This document shows, in pieces, positions 47,576 through 56,910 of a DNA stretch of 64,000 bases. The DNA is taken from positions 592,135 to 656,134 of the forward strand of contig NZ_OZ257261.1 in assembly GCF_965279755.1 (NCBI RefSeq), given 5' to 3'. Below the pieces are notes generated by a model. It saw only the letters and a list, made by a program, of their open reading frames with translations, was not told the DNA's origin and did not search any database. Both the position numbers and the translations under genes were made by a program. Position 1 is the first letter of the stretch. Every line of letters begins with the position of its first letter. The DNA comes from Sphingopyxis sp. Lineage in GTDB: Bacteria > Pseudomonadota > Alphaproteobacteria > Sphingomonadales > Sphingomonadaceae.

Positions 47576-48783
47576 TGTATCCACTGCTGTCCGGCCTGTC
47601 GGTGATCGAGGCGTCGTCCTTCGTCGCCTCGCCCACGGCCGGGCTATACTGCGCACAGTTCGGCGCCGAGGTGATCCGCGTCGACCAGATCGGCGGCGGT
47701 CCCGATTTCCGGCGCTGGCCGGTGACGACCGAGAACAACTCACTCTATTGGGAAAATCTCAACCGCGCGAAAAAATCGGTCGCGCTGGACCTGTCCAGGC
47801 CCGAGGGACGCGAGCTACTGCAGGAGTTGGTCCGCGCAACCGGCCAGTTCATCACCAACTTCCCGGTCGACGGCTTCTTGTCACACGATAAGCTCGCCGA
47901 GAGCCGCGCCGACCTGATCACTGTGCGCGTCATGGGCTGGGCCGACGGCTCGCCCGCGCTCGATTACACCGTGAACAACAGCGTCGGTTATCCGATGCTC
48001 ACCGGCGCGGGCCCCGAACCCGTCAACCACGTCCTGCCCGCTTGGGATCTGCTCACCGGCGCCTATGCCGCTTTCGCGCTGCTCGCCGCGATCCAACGGC
48101 GGAGCGTCAGCGGCGAAGGCAGCGAGGTTCGCATCCCCTTGTCGGATGTCGCGATCGGTACCGTCGCCAACCTCGGCGGGATCGCCGAAGTGCTCTATTC
48201 AGGCCAGAACCGCCCGCGCCTCGGCAACGCCGTCTATGGCCTGTTCGGTCGCGACTTCGTGACGCGCGACGGCGAACGGACGATGATCGTCGTCGTCACC
48301 CCGCGCCAGTGGGCGAACCTCGTCGCGGCGCTGAATCTCGGCGACGCCATCGCCGCGACCGAAAGCCAATGCGGCGTGTCCTTCGCCAAGGACGACGGCC
48401 TCCGCTTCGACCACCGCGACGCGCTCTACCCGCTGTTCGAAAAGGCCATCGCGAGCCGCGATCATGCCGACCTCGCCGCCGCCTTCGACGCCGGTGGCAT
48501 CGTCCATTCGGCGTATCGCACCATGGCCGACGCGGTGCAGGATCCGGCGCTCGTCGCGAACAACCCGATCTTCGGGAGCGCCACGAACCCCAGCGGCTTC
48601 GCTTACCCCGCCGCCGGCGCCTTCTCGACCATCCCGCAGGCGGAGCGCGAACCGCCGCGGCCCGCGCCGCTCAACGGCCAGCATAGTGAAGAAGTGCTGT
48701 CCTCGCGCCTTTCGCTTTCCTCGGGCGAGATCGCCCGCCTGATCGATGCCGGCATTGTCGGCACACCCAAAACCGGAGACTGA
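47575..48783 (+). CDS. Family III (CaiB/BaiF-type) CoA-transferase
   Basis: The ATG overlaps the ACAD stop (TGATG). N-terminus LSGLSVIEASSFVASPTAGLYCAQFGAEVIRVD and an Asp-containing AWDLLTG region are typical of the family. Confidence 0.85.
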   Translation: MYPLLSGLSVIEASSFVASPTAGLYCAQFGAEVIRVDQIGGGPDFRRWPVTTENNSLYWENLNRAKKSVALDLSRPEGRELLQELVRATGQFITNFPVDGFLSHDKLAESRADLITVRVMGWADGSPALDYTVNNSVGYPMLTGAGPEPVNHVLPAWDLLTGAYAAFALLAAIQRRSVSGEGSEVRIPLSDVAIGTVANLGGIAEVLYSGQNRPRLGNAVYGLFGRDFVTRDGERTMIVVVTPRQWANLVAALNLGDAIAATESQCGVSFAKDDGLRFDHRDALYPLFEKAIASRDHADLAAAFDAGGIVHSAYRTMADAVQDPALVANNPIFGSATNPSGFAYPAAGAFSTIPQAEREPPRPAPLNGQHSEEVLSSRLSLSSGEIARLIDAGIVGTPKTGD

Positions 48784-48786
48784 CCC

Positions 48787-50001
48787 ATGACCCTTCGCCG
48801 CGCCGCCATCGTCGCCCCGATCCGTACCGCCGTCGGCAAGTTCGGCGGCTCGCTCTCGTCGATCACTGCGGGCGACCTCGGCGCGGTCATCCTGAAAGCG
48901 CTGGTCGAGCGCACGAAAATCGACCCCGCGCGCGTCGACGACGTCGTCTTCTCGCAGGGTTATGGCAACGCCGAGGCGCCGAGCATCGGCCACTGGTCGT
49001 GGCTCGCTGCGGGCCTGCCGCTGGAGGTTCCCGGCTACCAGCTCGACCGCCGCTGCGGGTCGGGGCTGCAGGCCGTCGTCAACGCCGCGATGATGGTCCA
49101 GACCGGCATGTCCGACGTCGTCGTCGCGGGCGGCGTTGAGTCGATGTCGAACGTCGAACATTATACGACCGATGTCCGCAAGGGCATCCGCGCGGGCAAT
49201 CTGACGCTCCACGATCGCCTCACCCGCGGCCGCCTGATGTCGCAGCCGATCGAGCGTTTCGGCGTCATCACCGGCATGATCGAAACCGCCGAAAATCTGG
49301 CGAAGGATTATGACATCAGCCGCGAGGCCTGCGACGCCTATGCCGTCCGCAGCCACCAGCGCGCCGCTGCCGCCTGGGCGAACGGGCTGTTCGACGACGA
49401 GCTCGTCCCCGTATCGGTCGCCCAGAAGAAGGGCGATCCGGTCGTCTTCGCGCACGACGAGGGTTACCGCGCCGACGCGACGCTGGAATCGCTCGGCAAG
49501 CTCAAACCGCTCGAAGGCGGCGTGGTCACCGCGGGCAATGCGAGCCAGCAGAATGACGCCGCCGCCGCGTGTCTCGTCGTCGCCGAGGACAAGCTCGACG
49601 AACTCGGGCTCGAACCGATCGCCTGGTATCACAGCTCGGCCGCCGCCGGCTGCGACCCCAGCCGCATGGGCATCGGCCCCGTCCCCGCGGTCGAGCGCCT
49701 CTTCGCGCGCAACGGCCTTGGCTGGGGCGACATCGATCTCGTCGAGCTCAACGAAGCCTTCGCGCCGCAGGTGCTCGCGGTGCTCAAAGGCTGGGGCTGG
49801 AGCGACGACGACAGCCGGAACGAAATTCTCAACGTCAACGGCTCGGGCATCTCGCTCGGCCACCCGATCGGCGCGACCGGCGGGCGCATCCTCGCGAACC
49901 TGACGCGCGAACTTGTCCGCAGGGACGGCCGCTACGGGCTTGAAACCATGTGCATCGGCGGCGGTCAGGGCATCGCCGCGATCTTCGAGCGCGCCGCCTG
50001 A
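48787..50001 (+). CDS. Acetyl-CoA C-acyltransferase (thiolase)
   Basis: The active-site Cys context (QLDRRCGSGLQAV) and the C-terminal CIGGGQGIA motif are present. 404 aa. Confidence 0.9.
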   Translation: MTLRRAAIVAPIRTAVGKFGGSLSSITAGDLGAVILKALVERTKIDPARVDDVVFSQGYGNAEAPSIGHWSWLAAGLPLEVPGYQLDRRCGSGLQAVVNAAMMVQTGMSDVVVAGGVESMSNVEHYTTDVRKGIRAGNLTLHDRLTRGRLMSQPIERFGVITGMIETAENLAKDYDISREACDAYAVRSHQRAAAAWANGLFDDELVPVSVAQKKGDPVVFAHDEGYRADATLESLGKLKPLEGGVVTAGNASQQNDAAAACLVVAEDKLDELGLEPIAWYHSSAAAGCDPSRMGIGPVPAVERLFARNGLGWGDIDLVELNEAFAPQVLAVLKGWGWSDDDSRNEILNVNGSGISLGHPIGATGGRILANLTRELVRRDGRYGLETMCIGGGQGIAAIFERAA

Positions 50002-50003
50002 GC

Positions 50004-51596
50004 ATGAGCGATCTGCGCCCGTTCCTTACGGCCGCGCAGGCTTATCGCGGTGCGGCGCAAGCCGCGCTCGCCGAACGGCTGGCGGCCAGCCCGATCGACA
50101 GCGAGCAGCGCGCGGAGCACGGCTTTGCGTGGGTCGCAACGACAGTTGCGGCGCTCGAAGCGACGCTCGACTGGCTCGATGCGGGCAAGGGCGCAAACCC
50201 GCTCGACGCGCAGATCGCTACGCTCGCCTTCGCCGAAAGCATCGGTCAGCTCACCGGCGGCCTGCCGATGGGGCAGAACGAGATTTTCCGCCCCGCCGAT
50301 CTCGGCATCGGCGCGGCGGCGCGGACGCTTGCCGACGCCTGTGCCGGCCTGCTCGACGCCGATCATGCCGCAACCCGCGCCGCAGTCGCAGCCGCGCTCG
50401 CCGAAAATCACTGGCCCAGCGACACCCTCCACGACGCCGACCTCGACGCGATCCGCGAGCAGTATCGCCGCTTCACCGACGCGGCGATCATCCCCCACGC
50501 CCACGGCTGGCACCTCGCCAACGATCTGATCCCCGACGCGACGGTTCAGGCGATGGCTGAGCTCGGTACCTTTGGCGTCTGTATTCCCGAGGAATTTGGC
50601 GGCCTCGGTCTCGGCAAGCTGGTGATGTGCATCGTCACCGAAGAGCTGTCGCGCGGCTGGATCGGCACCGGCTCGCTCGGCACGCGATCCGAAATCGCGG
50701 GCGAGCTGATCGTCCTCGGCGGCACCGACGCGCAGAAGGCCCAATGGCTGCCGAAAATCGCCAGCGGCGAAATCCTGCCCACCGCGGTCTTCACCGAACC
50801 CGATGTCGGCTCCGACCTCGGCTCGCTGCAAACCAGGGCACGGCGCGAGGGCGATAGCTGGATCATCGACGGCGCCAAGAACTGGATCACCCACGCCGCG
50901 CGTTCGGACCTCATGACCCTGCTCACGCGCACCGTGCCCGACGCGAAGGGCTATGCCGGCCTGTCGATGCTGCTCGTTCCCAAGCCGCGCGGGACCGAGG
51001 GCGATCCCTTCCCGGCGGCGGGCATGACAGGCAGCGAGATCGAGGTGCTCGGCTATCGCGGCATGCGCGAATATGCGCTGCAGTTCGACGGCATGACGGC
51101 ACCCGCCGATGCGCTGCTCGGCGGCGAGGAAGGCCAGGGCTTCAAGCAGCTGATGCGCACCTTCGAGGGCGCGCGTATCCAGACTGCCGCGCGTGCCGTG
51201 GGTGTTGCGCGCCGCGCGCTCGAACTCGGGCTCGACTACGCCCTCACCCGCAAGCAGTTCGGCAGGGCGATCATTGCCTTCCCGCGCGTGTCGGACAAGC
51301 TCGCGATGAGCCTCGTCGATTTCATCATGGCGCGCGAGCTGAGCTACGCCGCAGCGCGCGCCAAGGATTCGGGCAAGCGCTGCGATATCGAGGCGGGCAT
51401 GGCGAAGCTGCTCGGCGCACGCGCGGCCTGGTCGAACGCCGATGCGGCGCTGCAGATCCACGGCGGCAACGGCTATGCGCTCGAATATGAAATCAGCCGC
51501 ATCCTCTGCGACGCGCGCATCCTCAACATCTTCGAGGGCGCAGCGGAGATTCAGGCCCAAGTGATCGCGCGCGGGCTGACCGGAGGACGCAATTGA
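50004..51596 (+). CDS. Long acyl-CoA dehydrogenase with a ~160-aa N-terminal extension
   Basis: ATG at 50004. Residues 1 to about 160 precede the usual ACAD fold, which begins near ...EQYRRFTDAAIIPHA. FTEPDVGSD and FEGAAEIQ motifs present. 530 aa. Confidence 0.85.
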   Translation: MSDLRPFLTAAQAYRGAAQAALAERLAASPIDSEQRAEHGFAWVATTVAALEATLDWLDAGKGANPLDAQIATLAFAESIGQLTGGLPMGQNEIFRPADLGIGAAARTLADACAGLLDADHAATRAAVAAALAENHWPSDTLHDADLDAIREQYRRFTDAAIIPHAHGWHLANDLIPDATVQAMAELGTFGVCIPEEFGGLGLGKLVMCIVTEELSRGWIGTGSLGTRSEIAGELIVLGGTDAQKAQWLPKIASGEILPTAVFTEPDVGSDLGSLQTRARREGDSWIIDGAKNWITHAARSDLMTLLTRTVPDAKGYAGLSMLLVPKPRGTEGDPFPAAGMTGSEIEVLGYRGMREYALQFDGMTAPADALLGGEEGQGFKQLMRTFEGARIQTAARAVGVARRALELGLDYALTRKQFGRAIIAFPRVSDKLAMSLVDFIMARELSYAAARAKDSGKRCDIEAGMAKLLGARAAWSNADAALQIHGGNGYALEYEISRILCDARILNIFEGAAEIQAQVIARGLTGGRN

Positions 51597-52447
51597 TGAG
51601 CAACTGGGACGCCTGGATCGGCCGCGAACAAAAGCGTGAAGAACTGATCGTGGCAGCAACCGTCGCGCCTTGGCTCGCGACCTTCGATCGAGACGATCCC
51701 GACGACGGATCGACCCCGCAAGGCTTTCACTGGTGCGTCTGCTTGCCCGATGCGCCGACCGTATCGCTCGGAGTCGATGGTCATCCCGTGCGCGACGACC
51801 GCGTCTCCAGCTTCTTTCCGCCCATCCCTTTGCCGCGCCGGATGTGGGCTGCCAGCAAGATTGAGTTCGGATGGCCCCTCCTGCCGGGCGAGATCGTCAC
51901 GCGCACGTCGCGTATCGCTTCGATCACCGAAAAGTCGGGCGGCACAGGCAAGCTCGTCTTTGTCGATGTCGTGCACGAAACCCGCTGCGCCGAGGTGATG
52001 AGCGTCCGCGAAATCCAGTCGATCGTGTTTCGCGAAGCGGCGCCCGCCGGCGCGCCGCCAGCCCCGCCGCCGCCCACCCACGACAGCTTCGATCCATCGG
52101 ACTGGGACGCGCACCGGGCACTTGTGCCTTCGGAGGCGTTGCTGTTCCGCTACTCGGCGCTGACCTTCAACAGCCATCGTATCCATTACGACCTGCCCTA
52201 TACGACGGAGGTCGAGGGCTATCGCGGCCTTGTCGTCCACGGCCCGCTCACCGCGACCCTGCTCCTCGATCTCGCGGCGCGGCATTTCGGCGACAACGCC
52301 CTCAAACGGTTCGATTTCCGCGGCACCTCGCCCGCAATCTGCGGCGAGGCCCTGCACCTCGCGCTGCGAGGGGCCGGCGACGCTGTCGAAATCGGCGCTT
52401 TTGCGAGCGACGGGCGACAGGTCATGGCGGCAACCGCCGCGGTCTGA
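51596..52447 (+). CDS. Double hot-dog MaoC/HTD2-like (R)-specific enoyl-CoA hydratase
   Basis: The ATG overlaps the ACAD stop (TGATG), with GGAGGA SD upstream. The hydratase-2 motif is the variant LTFNSHRIHYD, followed by VVHGPL. Confidence 0.75.
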   Translation: MSNWDAWIGREQKREELIVAATVAPWLATFDRDDPDDGSTPQGFHWCVCLPDAPTVSLGVDGHPVRDDRVSSFFPPIPLPRRMWAASKIEFGWPLLPGEIVTRTSRIASITEKSGGTGKLVFVDVVHETRCAEVMSVREIQSIVFREAAPAGAPPAPPPPTHDSFDPSDWDAHRALVPSEALLFRYSALTFNSHRIHYDLPYTTEVEGYRGLVVHGPLTATLLLDLAARHFGDNALKRFDFRGTSPAICGEALHLALRGAGDAVEIGAFASDGRQVMAATAAV

Positions 52448-52513
52448 GCCGCAACCTGCCAATCCGGCGCATTTACCACTTCCATAAGATTGTGATCCTA
52501 CTAAGCGGACGTC

Positions 52514-54322
52514 ATGCGTCTCGCGACGATCACCAACTGGGCCTATGGCGCGACGGTCGTGCTGACGATCGCTTCGTCGACGACGATGCTGCTCGCCTCG
52601 AACGCACAGCAGCGCGAACGCGAAGCCGTCGAACAACGCTATCGCCTCGATCAGGCGACAACGATGCTGGGCGACGACATCTTCGCGATGAGCGACCGGG
52701 CGCGCCAGTATCTGAACACCGGTGACGCGACCTATCTGGTCGGATATCGCGCCGAAGCAGCGGCGCTCAAGTCGGTCGAAGGGCGCATCGCGCATATCGG
52801 CGACGCGGGCGCGTCCGAAGGCGAACTTGCCGCGCTGGCCGAAGCCATCAAACTGGCCGACCTGCTCCACGACGAACAGCGCGCGGCGCTGACGGCCCAC
52901 GAAAAGGGCGATGATGTTCGCGCACGCCAGCTGCTGTTCGGTCCCGAATATGAACGCCAGCTCGACCGCGCCGAAATGGACCTCAAGCGCTTTCGCGACC
53001 GGCTCGACACCCGCATCGAACGTCAGGTCGCAAACGCCGCCGACCTGTCGCAGCTATGGAAGCGCATTTCGGAAGTCGTGCTCGCGCTGACCGCGCTGCT
53101 CGTGCTCTGCGTCCTCTATTTTGTCTTCAAGCAGCGCGTACTGCATCCCGTCGTGAAGCTGAGCGACGTCGTCAACCGTCTCGCCAAGCAGGATTTCGAC
53201 GCCGAGCCGCCCGAGATCGGCCAGATCGACGAGATCGGCGACATGGCGCAGGCCATCCGGATCTTTCGCGAGAACGGCCTCGAACGCCTGCGGCTGGAGG
53301 CCGAGCGCGATGCCGACCGGTCGATGCGCGACCTTCTGTCGCGGATGACGCAGCGGCTGCAGGGCTGCGATTCCATGGACGATCTGAAAGAGGTCGTCGG
53401 CCGCTTCATGCCAGAGATTGCGCCGGGGCTCGCCGGCCGCCTCTATCTGCTCGAGCGCCGCCGCAACATGGTGGTCGAGGCGTGCCACTGGCTGGAGCCG
53501 GTTCATTCGCGCCCCGAATTTTCGGCGCTGTCCTGCTGGGCACTGCGCCGCGGCGTCCCGCACCGGCCCGCCGGCGCCAGCATCGACGTCCCCTGCGATC
53601 ATGTCGAACGCCCCGAAGGCGCGCCGCTCGACACCTTGTGCCTGCCGCTGATCGCGCAGCGCGAGACGCTGGGCCTGCTCTATCTGGAGCCGAAGGATGC
53701 ACAGGGCGACAGCCTGACCGGTCCCGAAATCTACCTCGACATCCTGGCCGAGAATATCGGGCTGGCGGTCGCGAACCTGCAGCTCCGCGAAACGCTGCGC
53801 GAAATGGCGCTTGCCGATCCGCTCACCGGCCTGCCCAATCGCCGCCAGCTCGACCAGTTATTGGAAGTCCAGCTCGCGCAGGCCGAACGGCTTGGCCGCG
53901 ACCTTGGCTGTCTGATGGTCGATGTCGATCATTTCAAGCGCTTCAACGACGTCCACGGCCATGATGCCGGCGACACGATCCTGCGCGAGGTCGGGCGCGT
54001 GCTGGCGACCTCGACGCGCGAGGCCGGGCTCGCCTTCCGCTATGGCGGAGAGGAATTCATGGTCCTGCTGCCGGGCTTCTCCGCCGATCAGGCAAGCGTC
54101 CGCGCCGAAGAGATCAGGCAGCGTATCGCCGACCTGCAACTCGGCAGCGAGGCGGGCAACCTTGGCCCCGTCACGGTTTCGATCGGGGTCGCGATCACGC
54201 CGCTCCACTGCCCGCCCGACCGGCTGGTGCGCACCGCCGATGCCGCGCTGCTCCGCGCGAAGGCGATGGGGCGCGACCGCGTCGAAATCGCGCAGCAGCG
54301 CGACTCCTTCGCGGCCGTCTGA
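52514..54322 (+). CDS. Sensor diguanylate cyclase (TM - periplasmic helical domain - TM - HAMP - GAF-like - GGDEF)
   Basis: Two TM helices flank a ~170-aa helical periplasmic region. These are followed by a HAMP-like linker, a GAF-like region and a GGDEF domain with GGEEF. Confidence 0.85.
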   Translation: MRLATITNWAYGATVVLTIASSTTMLLASNAQQREREAVEQRYRLDQATTMLGDDIFAMSDRARQYLNTGDATYLVGYRAEAAALKSVEGRIAHIGDAGASEGELAALAEAIKLADLLHDEQRAALTAHEKGDDVRARQLLFGPEYERQLDRAEMDLKRFRDRLDTRIERQVANAADLSQLWKRISEVVLALTALLVLCVLYFVFKQRVLHPVVKLSDVVNRLAKQDFDAEPPEIGQIDEIGDMAQAIRIFRENGLERLRLEAERDADRSMRDLLSRMTQRLQGCDSMDDLKEVVGRFMPEIAPGLAGRLYLLERRRNMVVEACHWLEPVHSRPEFSALSCWALRRGVPHRPAGASIDVPCDHVERPEGAPLDTLCLPLIAQRETLGLLYLEPKDAQGDSLTGPEIYLDILAENIGLAVANLQLRETLREMALADPLTGLPNRRQLDQLLEVQLAQAERLGRDLGCLMVDVDHFKRFNDVHGHDAGDTILREVGRVLATSTREAGLAFRYGGEEFMVLLPGFSADQASVRAEEIRQRIADLQLGSEAGNLGPVTVSIGVAITPLHCPPDRLVRTADAALLRAKAMGRDRVEIAQQRDSFAAV

Positions 54323-54325
54323 CGC

Positions 54326-55759
54326 TCAGGCGGGCTGCGCGGCCTTCTTGCGCCGTACGATCGTCTGGGCGTTGGTATATTCGAGCAGGCCGTCCAGCCC
54401 GCCTTCGACGCCGACGCCCGACTGCTTCATCCCGCCGAACGCCGCGGTCGGCGACAGATGCTGGGTTTCGTTGACCCAGACGGTGCCACTCGCGATGCGC
54501 TGCGCGATCTCGAACGCCTTGTCCTCGTCCTGACCCCAGACAGATCCGCCGAGGCCATAGTCGGTCGCATTGGCGCGCGCGACGACATCGTCGAGGTCGT
54601 CGAACTTGATCAGCGGCAGCACCGGGCCGAACTGCTCCTCCTGAACGATCCGGCTATCCTCGGGCGGATTGTCGAGGATGGTGACCGGGATGAAATAGCC
54701 CGGCACGTCGGCCGTCTCGCCGCCGACGAGGAAGTTATAGCCCTTGTCCTTGGCATCCTGGATCAGCTCGAGGACGCGGCGGTATTGCGCTTCATTGTTG
54801 ATCGGGCCGATCTGCGTCCCCTGTTCGGACCCGTCGCCGACCTTCACCGTCTTTGCATAAGCGACAAGCGCGTCGCGCAGCGGCTCGTAGATGTCCTTGT
54901 GGACGTACATGCGCTTGGTCGCGATACAGATCTGGCCATTGTTGCGGAACGCCGCCCAGAACAGTTCCTCGGCGACCTTTTCGACGTCGACGTCGGGCAT
55001 GACGATCGCGGCGTCATTGCCGCCGAGTTCCAGCGTCACGCGCTTCAGCGTCGGCGCCGCCGATTCCATGACGCGGCGGCCGGTCGCGGTCGATCCGGTG
55101 AAGCTGATCTTGTCGAACCCCGTGTGGCTCGTCATCCACGGCCCCAGCGCGTCGCCGCCGGTGACGATGTTGAGCACGCCCGGCGGCAGCAGATCCTTGA
55201 CCAGCTCGCCGAATTTCAGCGTCGCGAGCGGGGTGAAGGGCGACGGCTTCAGCACCATCGTATTGCCCGCGAGCAGCGCCGGTCCGACCTTGAACATCGC
55301 GAGGATCATCGGGAAATTCCAAGGCGCGATCGCACCGACGACGCCGAGGGGAACATGGCGCGTCTCGCTATAGCGTTCGTCGCTGTCCTCGTTGACCGTG
55401 ACCGGCAGATCGAGCGACGCCGCGCCCATCAGCCAGTAGCCGGCGCCCATGATCTCGCCCTCCGCCTCGCTGTGCGGCTTGCCCTGTTCGGCGGTCAGCA
55501 GGCGTTTGAACGCGTCGACATTGGCGAGCACCGCCTGCCCCATCGCGTTGAGCGCCGCCTTGCGCTCGGCGATCGGGGTCGCCGCCCAGCCGGGAAAGGC
55601 GGCGCGCGCCGCGTCGATTGCCCGGTCGAGGTCGGCCTGCGTCGCATCGGGCACGCTGCCGATGACCTGTTCGGTTGCGGGATTCTGCACGTCAAATCGG
55701 GCGCTACCGCCATCGAGCTTGCCGCCGATCAGCATCGCATAGTCACGGTCGAAATCCAT
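54326..55759 (-). CDS. NAD(P)+-dependent aldehyde dehydrogenase
   Basis: ATG at 55759 with GGAGAG SD. ELGGN and the catalytic Cys context NNGQICIAT are present. 477 aa. Confidence 0.9.
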   Translation of the reverse strand: MDFDRDYAMLIGGKLDGGSARFDVQNPATEQVIGSVPDATQADLDRAIDAARAAFPGWAATPIAERKAALNAMGQAVLANVDAFKRLLTAEQGKPHSEAEGEIMGAGYWLMGAASLDLPVTVNEDSDERYSETRHVPLGVVGAIAPWNFPMILAMFKVGPALLAGNTMVLKPSPFTPLATLKFGELVKDLLPPGVLNIVTGGDALGPWMTSHTGFDKISFTGSTATGRRVMESAAPTLKRVTLELGGNDAAIVMPDVDVEKVAEELFWAAFRNNGQICIATKRMYVHKDIYEPLRDALVAYAKTVKVGDGSEQGTQIGPINNEAQYRRVLELIQDAKDKGYNFLVGGETADVPGYFIPVTILDNPPEDSRIVQEEQFGPVLPLIKFDDLDDVVARANATDYGLGGSVWGQDEDKAFEIAQRIASGTVWVNETQHLSPTAAFGGMKQSGVGVEGGLDGLLEYTNAQTIVRRKKAAQPA

Positions 55760-55785
55760 CGTCTCTCTCCAGCCTTGTTCGTTTG

Positions 55786-56898
55786 TCAGGGTATCAGCAC
55801 GACCTTGATACATTCACCCCGCGCTTGCGCGCCAAGCGCCTCGTTGATCTGGTCGAGCGGGAAGGTCTTGATGAGCCGGTCGAACGGAAAACGTCCGGCG
55901 GCATGATGCGCGATCAGTTCGGGGATGAAGCTCTGCGGGTCACTGTCGCCTTCGATGATCCCGATGATCCGGTGGCCGGGGGTCATCAGGGCTGCGATAT
56001 TGACGTTGATCGACGCCTCTGCCTTCGACGGCACGCCGACGAGGCCGATCGCGCCATGGCTGCCGAGCGCGGCAAGCCCCGCCTCGATCACCGGGACGAC
56101 GCCGCTGGTGTCGAATGCGAAGTCCAGCCCCGCGGGAACGATCGCGCGCAGCGCCTCGGTCAGCTCACCCGCCTCGGCGGGATCGATGACATGCGTCGCG
56201 CCAAGTTCGAGTCCGATCGCGCGCCGCGCGGCCACGGGCTCGACGAGGATGATCGTCGCACAGCCCTGGATCACCGCGCCCATCACCGCCGCCAGCCCGA
56301 CCGGACCGCCGCCGAACACCGCGATGGATGATCCTGCGGGACAGGCGAGCGAGTTCATCACGCCGCCCGCACCGGTCTGAAACCCGCAGCCCAAGGGCCC
56401 GAGCAGTTCCAGCGCGACCTTCGACGTGTCGACCTTGACCACATTGCGCGCACGCGTGACGGTGAGCGCCGAAAAGGACGACTGACCGAAGAAATGCGAG
56501 GTCACGCGCTCGCCGTCGCTGGTATAAGCGGTCGACCCATCGTCAAGCCGCATTCCGGCATAGTTCAGCGGCACGAAATTCTGACAATAGCTCGGCAAAT
56601 GCTCGTCACAGCGCGGGCAGGAGCCGCAGCTCGAAAAGCCGACAACGACCTCGTCACCGATAGCAAGGCCTTCGACGCCCTCGCCGATCGCCTCGATAAC
56701 GCCGGCACCTTCATGACCCAGCACGCCAGGCAGCGCGAAAGGCGCGAACTGGTCGCGGAAGATCAGGTCGGTGTGGCAGAGGCCGACGCCGGCAATCCGC
56801 ACGCGCACTTCGCCCGCGCGCGGCGCCTCGACTTCGATCGTCTCGACCGTAAAATCGCCGCCGGGCTGGCGCACCACGGCTGCCTGCGCCTGTGTCAT
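55786..56898 (-). CDS. Zinc-type aryl/primary-alcohol dehydrogenase (XylB-like)
   Basis: GGAGAAGG SD. By-eye alignment to benzyl-alcohol dehydrogenase XylB: GLCHTDL, GHEGAGV, FFGQSSF, LLGPLGCGFQTGAG, GRFPFDRLIK. Confidence 0.9.
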   Translation of the reverse strand: MTQAQAAVVRQPGGDFTVETIEVEAPRAGEVRVRIAGVGLCHTDLIFRDQFAPFALPGVLGHEGAGVIEAIGEGVEGLAIGDEVVVGFSSCGSCPRCDEHLPSYCQNFVPLNYAGMRLDDGSTAYTSDGERVTSHFFGQSSFSALTVTRARNVVKVDTSKVALELLGPLGCGFQTGAGGVMNSLACPAGSSIAVFGGGPVGLAAVMGAVIQGCATIILVEPVAARRAIGLELGATHVIDPAEAGELTEALRAIVPAGLDFAFDTSGVVPVIEAGLAALGSHGAIGLVGVPSKAEASINVNIAALMTPGHRIIGIIEGDSDPQSFIPELIAHHAAGRFPFDRLIKTFPLDQINEALGAQARGECIKVVLIP

Positions 56899-56910
56899 AT
56901 CCTTCTCCGT

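Noticed and set aside
47575-48783. Possibility that the family III CoA-transferase homologue is an alpha-methylacyl-CoA racemase, which would fit MFE-2-type oxidation of 2-methyl-branched acids
   Set aside because: In my by-eye alignment to the mycobacterial racemase, the catalytic His position reads Leu (ALDYTVNNSVG versus GHDINYISLNG), while the Asp position (AWDLLTG) is kept. That pattern is more consistent with a transferase. The rejection is not decisive without a proper alignment.
55786-56898. Zn-ADH as a class III S-(hydroxymethyl)glutathione dehydrogenase partner of the GFA protein (a formaldehyde detoxification pair)
   Set aside because: The sequence aligns block by block with XylB-type aryl-alcohol dehydrogenases (FFGQSSF, LLGPLGCGFQTGAG, GRFPFDRLIK), not with FrmA/AdhC-type enzymes.
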